DNA of 64,000 nucleotides from Gemmobacter sp. (GTDB lineage: Bacteria; Pseudomonadota; Alphaproteobacteria; Rhodobacterales; Rhodobacteraceae), in NCBI GenBank assembly GCA_041675885.1, contig JBAYSY010000005.1, positions 7,652 to 71,651 of the forward strand, read 5' to 3'. Position 1 is the stretch's first letter, and each line of letters opens with the position of its first letter. The notes under the pieces were generated by a model, which was given only the letters and a program-made list of their open reading frames with translations, searched no databases and was not told the DNA's origin. This document shows positions 7,687 to 16,637 of the stretch, piece after piece. Both the position numbers and the translations under genes were made by a program.

Positions 7687-10600
7687 CACCGAACCCCCCG
7701 CTCGATCACCGTTTCCACATTCAGCTGATAGCGCCCGTTCGCGGGCCAGAGGCGGCGCAGCTCGCGCTCCACCAGCCGGAGGTGGCGCCGGGCCTCGTCC
7801 ACGGGCTCGGCCCCCTGCCGCCAGGTGATGCGCAGCATGGCGGGCGTGTCGCGCAGTTCGCTGACCATCCGCCGCAGCCCCTCGGCCAGTTCCGGGCGCA
7901 TCCGCCCTTCGGCGAAGGCGTTGGCGGCAAGGTCGATCCGCACCAGCCGCGACAGGGTGGCGCCGAAGTCGAGCCGCGTCACCATCCCCTGCGTGACCCG
8001 CACCACGCGCGGGTTTTCCGTCGTCAGCCGGAAGCCCGCGGGCAGCGTGCGTTCATCGAGCCGCAGCATGAAGTTGCCGCCAATGTTGCGCGGCATCGCC
8101 GCACAGGGCACGCTGAAGCGGCCATGCTCGTCGGTCAGGATGGCGATGCCGTTCGGCGTGACCAGCCGGACGTTCGGCAGGCCCTTCTCGCTACCGCTCC
8201 GGGTCATGTGGCCGTCCTGGTTGCGGTCGTCGAACACCCGGCCAAGCACGGTCGAGCACTGGAACACCCCGTCGGCCTCGACCCGCACGATGGCGGTGGC
8301 CTCGGGGCTGACCGGCGCGCCGGTCTGGCGCGAGTAGAGCCGCGCGCGGTTGGTATGCGCGCCCGGCTGCACCGCCGAAGTCACCAGCGTCTCCAGCGTG
8401 ACCTCGACCGAGGTGCCGGGGGCGACGGAAACCTCGTCGAACGCCAGATTGCGGCTGTTGCCGGTGGGTTCGGTCGCCACACCACCGATCCGCGCGGTGC
8501 CGGAGCGGTAGACGAAGCCCTGCGGCAGCACATCCACCAGCCGCGCCGTCAGCGGCAACCCGCCCGCGGCATTGGTGACGGTGATGGTCCATGGCACCAC
8601 GTCGCCGACCACGGCGCGGCTGACGCCCGCGATTTTCTCAAGCGCGATGCCGCCGGTGCTGACCGGGGTCGAGACCGATGAGAAGTTGCTGTCCACCACC
8701 ACCTCGGAGCCCGCCCTGCCCTGCGCGATCGCTTCCTGCGAGATCGTGCCGGTGGCGACATCGCCCGCCGTCACGATATGCGAGGCGCCGGTGCAGACCA
8801 GCGTGGCCGTCTCGCCCACCGCCAGCGTGACCGGCTGGCAGGAAAGCCCGGGCAACGGCAGGCTCAGGCGGCTTCCGTCGATGTTCACCTCGGTCAGCGG
8901 CAGGGTGCCGGTGTTCTCGACGGTGAAGCGGAACACCACCTCGTCGCCCGGCCCGGTCACGCCGTCGCCGTCATGGTCGATGATCCGGTCGATGCCGATG
9001 GTCAGCGCCAGTTCCGGATGGCCGATATCCACCACGGTGATGTCGTGATTGCCGGACCCGGTGCCCGAAACCGCCTCGGCCGTCGCGGGGGTGCCGTCGC
9101 CGGTCGTGTAATGGCCCTGCGCCAGCGCCTGGTTCTCGACCCGGGTGCGGGCGATGTCCTCGGCGGTGATCGCATAGCTGGCGGTGAAGCTGTCGCTGTC
9201 CGCCGCGCCCGGCGCAAGCGACGGGATCGGCCCGCCGCTCATCACCAGCCCCGGCAGGTCGTCGATGACGGTCACATCGGTCAGCGTCACGTTGCCGGTG
9301 TTGGTCACCGTGAAGGCATAGGTGATGATGTCGCCCGGCTCCGGCGGGATCTGCACGCCGGAATCGTCGGCGGTCTTGACCAGTGCGATTCCCGGCGTCT
9401 GGTCGATCCCGACCACGGTCGGCCCGTCCACGCCCTGATCGGTGAAGGAATCGGCGGTGACGGTTCCCGGATTGTCCGGATCACCATGGCTGGCCGAGAC
9501 CAGCGCGCGATTCTCGACCTGCCCGGCGTCCAGATCCTCCTGCGTCAGGCTGTAGGTGGCACTGAAGCTGTCGGTGTCGGTCTCGCCCGGCGCAAGTTCC
9601 GGGATCGGGGCACCCGAAAGCTGGATCCCCGGCAGGGCGTCGGTCAGTTCGACGTTGAACAGCGTCACCGTGCCGCTGTTGGTGATGGCGAATGCATAGC
9701 GGATTTCGTCACCCACCTGCGGCGGGCCTTGCAGCCCGGTGGCATCGGCCGCCTTGACCAGTTCGATGGTCGCCGCCTGCGGCAGATCAACCCGCGTCGG
9801 GTCGTCGTCGTCCACCGTCGCGCCCGAGATATCGGTTACTTCGACCGGAACCCCGCCCGCATCGGTATATTGTCCGGTGACCGTGGCGGTATTCTCGACA
9901 TGCCCGCGGTCGATATCCGCCTGGGTAATGACGTAGCTCGCGGTGAAGGTGTCGCTGTCGGTCTCGCCGGGGTCGAGCACGTCGAGCGGCCCGCCCGCAA
10001 GCACGATGCCCGGCAGGTCGTCGGCAATGACCAGATCGGTCAGCGGCACGTTGCCGGTATTGGTGACCGCAAAGGCGTAGCTGATGGTGTCGCCCACCGC
10101 GAGATCGCCCGCAGGCACCGAGGTGCTGGCGGTCTTGACCAGCGCCACGGCCGGGCTGGACGCCACCGGCACCTCGACCCCGGATTCGTCCCCGACCTGT
10201 CGCGGCTCACCCGTTGCCAGGTCGGTGCCCCAGGTGCCGGTGACACTGGCAAGGTTCTCGACCCGCCCGGCGGTGATGTCGTCCTGGGTGATCGCATAGC
10301 GCGCGGTGAAGGTGTCGTCGTCCGTCACCCCCGGTGCAAGCGCCGGGATCGGCCCGCCGTCCAGCACCAGCCCCGGCAGATCGTCGGCAAGGGTCACATC
10401 CGTCAGCGTCACGTTGCCGGTGTTGGTCACGGCGAAGCTGTAGATGATTTCCTGCCCGATCACCGCCGGATCGGTCAGCGCCAAGGCATTGGCGTCCTTC
10501 ACCAGTTCGATGCCCGGAAGCTGGGTCAGCGGCGTCACGGTCGGGTCGTCGTCCTCCTCGGTCTCGCCCGACAGGTCGGTGACCGGCACCGGCGATCCGC

Positions 10601-13600
10601 CGCCATCGTCGAACACGGCGTCGCCGGTGGCCTGGTTCACCACCTCGCCCGCATCAAGATCATCCTGCGTGACCGGATAGGTCGCGGTGAAATCCGCGCT
10701 CTCGCCGGGCAGGAGCGTGCCTGCGTCAAAGCTCGACTCCGACAGGCCCGGCAGCGGATCGGTCACGGTCACATCGGTCAGCGTCACGTTGCCGGTGTTC
10801 CGCACCGTGAAGCTGTAGGTGATCAGGCCGCCGACCTCGGACGGGCTGCCCTCGGCCGACTTGACCACGGCAAGCGCCGGGGTCCGGCCGAGACCGACCA
10901 CGGTCTCGTCGTCGTTCGGCACGTCGGGGTCGTTGCCCGACAGTTCCTCGACCGGGGTCAAGCCGCCCTCGCCGTCGTCCCACGTGCTGCGGGCGGTGGC
11001 CTGGTTCACCACCTGACCACGGTTGATATCATCCTGCGTGACCACATATTCCACCACGAACGTCTCGTCCGCACCGGGGGCGAGTTCGGCCACGGCGAAA
11101 CTGCCCGGCGTGATGCCGTCCAGCGGGTCGGTAATCGCGATATCGTAGAGGGTCACGTTGCCGGTATTGGTCAGCACCAGCGTATAGGTGATGCTGTCGC
11201 CCGCCTCGGCATCGTCGATCTGCGCCGGGTCGGCGGTCTTGACCAGTTGCATCGCCGGCACCCGGGCAAGCGGCACCACGGTCGGCCCCTCGTCGCCGGT
11301 CTCGGTCTCGGACTCATCCGATACCTCCTGCGGCTCGCCGTCCTCGTCGGTATAGCCGCCGGTGACCGTGGCGCGGTTCTCGACATGGCCGCGTTCGATA
11401 TCGTCCTGCGTCAGCGTGTAGGCGGCGGTGAAGCTGGTGTCGTCCAGCGCGCCGGGCGCCAGTTCGTCGATACTGCCCGAGATCGCCACACCGGGGATGA
11501 AATCGTCGGTCAGAACCAGATCGGTCAGGGTGACGTTGCCGGTATTCCGCACCTCGAACCTGTAGCGCAGCACCTCGCCCGCGACCGGGGGCGACGACAG
11601 GTCCGTCGCCGTGGTGTCGAGCGCCTTGACCAGCGAGATCCCGGGCGCGATCACCAGATCGGTCACCTCGGTATCCTCGGCCCGCACCTCCTGCGGATCA
11701 TCCTCGCTGTCGCGCCATATGGCCACGACCTCGGCGGTGTTCGTCACCCCGCCCTCGTTGATTTCCGCCTGGGTCAGCGCATGGGTGCCGGCGAAGTCCC
11801 CGCCGCGTTCCATGTCCGGCAGCAGGTCGAAAGCCTGCGTCTCGTCCGTGGTGAACACCAGCATCCCGTCGATCATGGTGAAGCTTTCCAGCACCACGTT
11901 GCCGGTGTTGCGGATGGTGAAGTGATAGACCACCTCTTCGCCAGCCAGCGGCGGGTTCGACAGGCCGGTGATACCGGCGGTCTTGACCAGTTCCACGCCG
12001 GGCACCTGCGGCACCGGCAGCACGGTATCGCCGGGCGTGGTCGGATCGCCGGGCTCCGGGCTCGACTCCACCGGGGTCAGCGGGCCCGCGGGATCGCCGG
12101 GGGTGCCGCCGAAATCGCCGGTCAGACCGGCGCGGTTGCGCACCTCACCCGCCTGGATGTCGTCCTGCGTGAGTTCGTAACTCGCGGTCAGCACCTCGAT
12201 CCCGCCGGGGGCAAGCTCGGCAATCGAGAAGCTGGCCGGGTCGATCCCCGGCAGCGGGTCCGCGACCTCCAGATCGCGCAGCGTGACGTTGCCGGTGTTG
12301 GTGACGGTGAAGGTGAACTCGATCACCTCGCCCGGCAGTGGCATTTCCGGCAGGCTGTCGGCCACGGTCTTGACCAGCGTGACCGCCGGATTCCGGCCAA
12401 GGCCGACCACGGTCGGGTCGTCGTTCGGCACATCGGGGTCGTTGCCCGACGGCACGTCGAGCGGGTCGCCGGTCGGCGTATCGGCGCGGGCGGTGGCCTG
12501 GTTCACCACCTCGCCGTTATCGATATCCTCCTGCGTGACGGTATAGGTCGCGACCCACGTTTCGGCCGCACCGGGGGCAAGCGTGGCGAGGGTGTAACCG
12601 GCCGGGTCGAGGGCCAGCTTCGGGTCGCTCAGCACCAGGTCGGTCAGGGTGACGTTGCCGGTGTTCTCGACCACGAAGGTATAGGTGATGGTGTCGCCCA
12701 CCTCGGCCGGGTCGATCATGTCCTGATCGGCGGTCTTGAGCAGGGTCATCCCCGGCACCCGGTCGAGCGGCACCGTCACGTCGGAGGTGGCGGGATCGGC
12801 GGTCAGCACCTCGGTCGGGTCGTCCGGGTTGGTCCAGTCGCCGGTAACCTCGGCGGTGTTGTCCCGCTGGCCGTTGTCGATATCCTCCTGCGTGAGGGTA
12901 TAGCTGCCGGTAAAGCTGGTATTGTCGGTCTGGTCCACCTCAAGCGGGGTATCGCGGCTGCCGGTGATCGTCACACCGGGCAGCAGGTCGGTCAGCGCAA
13001 GGTTCGACAACGGCACGTTGCCGGTATTGGTGATCGCGAACGTATAGGTGATCTCGTCCCCGGCCTGCGGCGGCGTCTGCAATCCGGTGGTGACCGCCTC
13101 CTTGACCAGATCGAGCGCCGGATTGCGCAGAAGCGGCGCCACGGTCGGCTCGTCATTGTCGAAATCGCTGCCGGAATCGTCCGTCACCGTGGGCGTGGTG
13201 GTCGAGCCGGTGTCGGCGGTGACCGTGGCATGGTTCTCCACTTCGCCCGCTTCGATATCGGCCTGCGTCAGCAGGTAATGCCCGGTCAGGCTGTATTCGG
13301 TGGTCCCGCCGCTACCCGGCGCATCGAGCGTGAGGCCCGAGATATCCTCGTCGAAGACGAAACCCGGCAGGATGTCGGTCAGCACGAGGTTGGTCAGCGG
13401 CAGGTTGCCGGTGTTGCGGATGGTGAAGCCGTAGTCGATCCGGTCGCCCGGCATCAGCGGGCCCGAGGTATCGGTCGTCAGCGTCTTGACCAGCGCGATT
13501 GCGGGGTGATGCGGCAGCGGTGTCACCGTGTCGCCCGGCGTCGGGTCGGAAGGATCGGGGCCCGAGGGAACCGGATCGCTCGGCGTGCCCGAGGGGCTTT

Positions 13601-16484
13601 CGCCCTCGATCGCCGCCTGGTTGACGACCTCTCCCGCCACGATGTCGGCGACGGTCAGGACATAGGTGATCCACAGGCCGTCCGTATCCACGCTACCGAC
13701 CGGCAGGCTGACGATGCCGCCATGCACCACCGCGCCGGGCAGCGGATCGGTCAGCACGATGTTTTCCAGCGTGACGTTGCCGATGTTCTCGACCCGGATG
13801 TTCCAGCGGATCTCGTCGCCGGGGAAGGCCGGTTCCGGCAGGCTCGCGGGGTCCAGCTCCTTGTGCAGCAGGAAGTCGGGGTTCTGGTGCAGCGGGGTTT
13901 CCACCGATTGTTCGTCCGAGGAAATCGGCGTGTTGCCCGGACCGAAGACGGCTTCGGCATGGGCGAGGTTCTCGACCCGGCCCGCGTCGATATCGTCCTG
14001 CGTCACCGGATAGGTGGCCTGGAAGGTGTGGTCAGCGCCGGGTTCCAGGGTGCCGATGGTAAAGGCTCCCGCCGGCGTCATCGTGCCGCCCAGCACATCC
14101 TCCACCACCACTTCGCGCAGCGTGGTGTTGCCGGTGTTGGTGACGGTGAACCCGTAGGTGATGGTCTCGTCCACCTCGGTGGCCGGGTCGGAGATCGTGT
14201 TCGCGATCTCGGTCTTGACCAGCTCCAGCTCCGGCTCGGACAGGGTGTCGATCCGCACCGTGTCGGTATCGCTGACCGTATCGGCGGGGTCGCCGCCCCA
14301 GAGGCCGGTCGTCGTCGCGGTGTTTTCGACAAGGCCGCTGTCGATATCGTCCTGCGTCAGCGTGTAGGCGGCGTTCAGGGTGATCGAGTCGCCGGGCGCC
14401 AGTTCCGGGTGCGGCAGTGACGGATTCCCGGCATCCCATACAAAGCCGGAGAGGCTGTCCATCGGATCGTCGAGCGTCACATCGACCAGCACCGAATTGC
14501 CGGTATTGGTGATCTCGAAGGTGTAGGTGACCACATCCCCCGGCGCGGCCGCGCCGCCGCCCGCGGGCGTCAGCTCGTAGGTCTTGGCCAGATCGATCCC
14601 GTCGGTGAAGGCGGGCGTGACCGTGGCGGAGTCGCTGTCATCCACGTCCTCGCCGGAATACCGGCCCTCTGCCTCGACCGTGGCGGTGTTGTCATGGGTC
14701 AGCGACGCCGCGCGCGGAACTTCGGGCCAGACGCGCAACTGAAGCCTCACCGTCGTGTCGGCACCGGCCGCAAGCGTGCCACCGCTGATGATCCGGCCCG
14801 GCGCGAAGGGGTTGGCCTCGAACCCCGGGTCGAGGGTCAGCCCGCCCGCATTCACCGGGACGATACTGAAACTGCCGGGCGCATCGCTGGTGTCGTAGGT
14901 GCCGAAGGACGCCTCCAGCGGGTCGTCGATCACGATATTCGTCACCGGCTCCAGGCTCGGGTTGGTCACCAGCAGTTCGTAGGTCACCATATAGGAGCCG
15001 TTGGTCTGCACCACATGTTCGACGCTTTTGTCCAGCCCGATGCGCGGCTCGTGGTGTTTCGAGAAGTCGAGGTTGCCGATCTCGTCGGGCCCGGTCACGG
15101 CGATCGAGCCGATGGTGTGCTCATCAACCGCAGTGCCGTAGCCGCCGGTGGGCAGCGCCGCGGCAGGGGTCAGGAAGTCCTCGCTCGGCGAGGCATAGCT
15201 GACCTGATACGCGCCCTCGGGCAGCAGCGGGAAGCTGTAGTTGCCGGTGCCGTCCGTGGTGGTGGTCATCGTGATCGGCGTGCCGTCCTCGGCCGTTCCG
15301 GTCAGTTGCACGGTCACGCCCGCGACGCCGGTATCCTCGGCATCCCAGGCATCATTACGGTCGAAGTCGCGGAAAATCCCGCCCGACAGCGTGGCGGTTT
15401 GCACGGTGACCGTATCGGTGCTGGTCATGGTGCCGGGGTCGTCCGGGAAAGATTCCGTGGTGACACTCGCGGTGTTCGACACCACCTCGTTATCGGCATC
15501 AACCGAGACCACCTTGACCGGGATCGACACGCTCACCACGTCGCCCGGCGCCATCTCACCGATGAAGCACGACAGTTCGCGGCCGGAAATATCGCAACTG
15601 CCGATGTCGCCGGTCGTCACCGGGGCGCCGGTCACCTCGACATTCGCGGGCAGGATATCGGTCAGTTCCACCCCTTCGGCGGTGCCCATCTGGTTCTCGA
15701 CCGTAATCTCCCAGTTGAAACCCTCGCGCAGCATCAGCGGTGTCGGCGCGTCGTTGGTCTTGCTCACGACCAGATCGACCCGCTCACGCACGGTGGTGGA
15801 TTCGGTCACGCTGTTGTTGCCGGCGAACTCGTGGCCCGCTGTGGTCTCGCGCGACTTGACGACGGCGCTGTTGATCCAGGTGCCGCGCTCAAGCGCCTTC
15901 ATCTCGACCCCGATCACCCGCGTCTCGTTCGCGGGCATGTAGCCGAGCGTGCAGGTCAGCGTGCCGCCCGCCGTGTCCGCCACGGTGCCTGCGGTCTCAC
16001 AGACCATCCCCGCCCTGTCGGTGATCGAAACAAAGCTCAGCCCATCGGTCGGGAAGGTATCGAGCAGTTCGACCTCAAAGGCGGCCGAGGGGCCGCGGTT
16101 GGTCACGGTGATGCGATAGGCGGTGTTCTGGCCGCTTTCCACCGGGTCGGTGTCGTCGGTCTTGTTGATGACGAGATCGAGCACCGGCTCCCGCACGACA
16201 AGCAGCAGGTCGTCGGTATTGTCGGCCTGATCCTCGGCGCGTTCCTCGGTCGTGGTCGAGACCGCGGCGGTGTTGAGCAGCTCCTGCCCGGCCTGAAGGT
16301 CGGTCGGGATCACCCGGATGGTGACCGTCTGCTGCGAGCCGTTGGCGATGCGGCCGAGGTTGCATTCCACCGTATCGCCGGAGGCGGTGATGGCACCCGG
16401 GGCAGGCATGGCGGAACAACTGCCGCTGCTGGACGTGGCGGAGACAAAGCGCACGCCTGCGGGCAGGGTGTCGATCACCGTCAC
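7686..16484 (-). CDS. Giant DUF11/TIGR01451 conserved-repeat surface protein, C-terminal 2,932+ codons. Homology continues upstream of the nominal GTG to 16637 (see findings)
   Basis: About 19 tandem modules of roughly 115-120 aa carry the T(V/I)TNTGNVTLTD...LPG...L.PG....F.A.Y..TQ.DID.G.V.N.A motif. The C-terminus has an SdrD-B/Cna-B-like segment (GRVFDDRNQDGHMTRSGSEKGLPNVRLVTPNG...TDEHGRFSV). Confidence 0.9.
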   Translation of the reverse strand: MTVIDTLPAGVRFVSATSSSGSCSAMPAPGAITASGDTVECNLGRIANGSQQTVTIRVIPTDLQAGQELLNTAAVSTTTEERAEDQADNTDDLLLVVREPVLDLVINKTDDTDPVESGQNTAYRITVTNRGPSAAFEVELLDTFPTDGLSFVSITDRAGMVCETAGTVADTAGGTLTCTLGYMPANETRVIGVEMKALERGTWINSAVVKSRETTAGHEFAGNNSVTESTTVRERVDLVVSKTNDAPTPLMLREGFNWEITVENQMGTAEGVELTDILPANVEVTGAPVTTGDIGSCDISGRELSCFIGEMAPGDVVSVSIPVKVVSVDADNEVVSNTASVTTESFPDDPGTMTSTDTVTVQTATLSGGIFRDFDRNDAWDAEDTGVAGVTVQLTGTAEDGTPITMTTTTDGTGNYSFPLLPEGAYQVSYASPSEDFLTPAAALPTGGYGTAVDEHTIGSIAVTGPDEIGNLDFSKHHEPRIGLDKSVEHVVQTNGSYMVTYELLVTNPSLEPVTNIVIDDPLEASFGTYDTSDAPGSFSIVPVNAGGLTLDPGFEANPFAPGRIISGGTLAAGADTTVRLQLRVWPEVPRAASLTHDNTATVEAEGRYSGEDVDDSDSATVTPAFTDGIDLAKTYELTPAGGGAAAPGDVVTYTFEITNTGNSVLVDVTLDDPMDSLSGFVWDAGNPSLPHPELAPGDSITLNAAYTLTQDDIDSGLVENTATTTGLWGGDPADTVSDTDTVRIDTLSEPELELVKTEIANTISDPATEVDETITYGFTVTNTGNTTLREVVVEDVLGGTMTPAGAFTIGTLEPGADHTFQATYPVTQDDIDAGRVENLAHAEAVFGPGNTPISSDEQSVETPLHQNPDFLLHKELDPASLPEPAFPGDEIRWNIRVENIGNVTLENIVLTDPLPGAVVHGGIVSLPVGSVDTDGLWITYVLTVADIVAGEVVNQAAIEGESPSGTPSDPVPSGPDPSDPTPGDTVTPLPHHPAIALVKTLTTDTSGPLMPGDRIDYGFTIRNTGNLPLTNLVLTDILPGFVFDEDISGLTLDAPGSGGTTEYSLTGHYLLTQADIEAGEVENHATVTADTGSTTTPTVTDDSGSDFDNDEPTVAPLLRNPALDLVKEAVTTGLQTPPQAGDEITYTFAITNTGNVPLSNLALTDLLPGVTITGSRDTPLEVDQTDNTSFTGSYTLTQEDIDNGQRDNTAEVTGDWTNPDDPTEVLTADPATSDVTVPLDRVPGMTLLKTADQDMIDPAEVGDTITYTFVVENTGNVTLTDLVLSDPKLALDPAGYTLATLAPGAAETWVATYTVTQEDIDNGEVVNQATARADTPTGDPLDVPSGNDPDVPNDDPTVVGLGRNPAVTLVKTVADSLPEMPLPGEVIEFTFTVTNTGNVTLRDLEVADPLPGIDPASFSIAELAPGGIEVLTASYELTQDDIQAGEVRNRAGLTGDFGGTPGDPAGPLTPVESSPEPGDPTTPGDTVLPVPQVPGVELVKTAGITGLSNPPLAGEEVVYHFTIRNTGNVVLESFTMIDGMLVFTTDETQAFDLLPDMERGGDFAGTHALTQAEINEGGVTNTAEVVAIWRDSEDDPQEVRAEDTEVTDLVIAPGISLVKALDTTATDLSSPPVAGEVLRYRFEVRNTGNVTLTDLVLTDDFIPGVAISGSIDELAPGALDDTSFTAAYTLTQDDIERGHVENRATVTGGYTDEDGEPQEVSDESETETGDEGPTVVPLARVPAMQLVKTADPAQIDDAEAGDSITYTLVLTNTGNVTLYDIAITDPLDGITPGSFAVAELAPGADETFVVEYVVTQDDINRGQVVNQATARSTWDDGEGGLTPVEELSGNDPDVPNDDETVVGLGRTPALAVVKSAEGSPSEVGGLITYSFTVRNTGNVTLTDVTVTDPLPGLSESSFDAGTLLPGESADFTATYPVTQDDLDAGEVVNQATGDAVFDDGGGSPVPVTDLSGETEEDDDPTVTPLTQLPGIELVKDANALALTDPAVIGQEIIYSFAVTNTGNVTLTDVTLADDLPGLVLDGGPIPALAPGVTDDDTFTARYAITQDDITAGRVENLASVTGTWGTDLATGEPRQVGDESGVEVPVASSPAVALVKTASTSVPAGDLAVGDTISYAFAVTNTGNVPLTDLVIADDLPGIVLAGGPLDVLDPGETDSDTFTASYVITQADIDRGHVENTATVTGQYTDAGGVPVEVTDISGATVDDDDPTRVDLPQAATIELVKAADATGLQGPPQVGDEIRYAFAITNSGTVTLFNVELTDALPGIQLSGAPIPELAPGETDTDSFSATYSLTQEDLDAGQVENRALVSASHGDPDNPGTVTADSFTDQGVDGPTVVGIDQTPGIALVKTADDSGVQIPPEPGDIITYAFTVTNTGNVTLTDVTVIDDLPGLVMSGGPIPSLAPGAADSDSFTASYAITAEDIARTRVENQALAQGHYTTGDGTPATAEAVSGTGSGNHDITVVDIGHPELALTIGIDRIIDHDGDGVTGPGDEVVFRFTVENTGTLPLTEVNIDGSRLSLPLPGLSCQPVTLAVGETATLVCTGASHIVTAGDVATGTISQEAIAQGRAGSEVVVDSNFSSVSTPVSTGGIALEKIAGVSRAVVGDVVPWTITVTNAAGGLPLTARLVDVLPQGFVYRSGTARIGGVATEPTGNSRNLAFDEVSVAPGTSVEVTLETLVTSAVQPGAHTNRARLYSRQTGAPVSPEATAIVRVEADGVFQCSTVLGRVFDDRNQDGHMTRSGSEKGLPNVRLVTPNGIAILTDEHGRFSVPCAAMPRNIGGNFMLRLDERTLPAGFRLTTENPRVVRVTQGMVTRLDFGATLSRLVRIDLAANAFAEGRMRPELAEGLRRMVSELRDTPAMLRITWRQGAEPVDEARRHLRLVERELRRLWPANGRYQLNVETVIERGVR

Positions 16485-16637
16485 GTCGTCGGCGCCGCTG
16501 CGGCCGTCGCGCCTTACCCCGGCGGCAAGCGTGTAGATCAGTTCCTGCCCGGCGACGGGTTCGCTGTGCGGGCTGGTCTTGGTGATGAAGACGTCGGTGA
16601 CCGGCTCGACCGCGTAGGGGACCGAAGCGGCATTGTT

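Noticed and set aside
8700-14500. A regular periodicity that could be mistaken for a CRISPR or other non-coding array
   Set aside because: The period is about 350 bp, the repeats are imperfect and in-frame, and they translate into DUF11 modules. There is no short direct repeat and unique spacer structure, and there are no cas genes.
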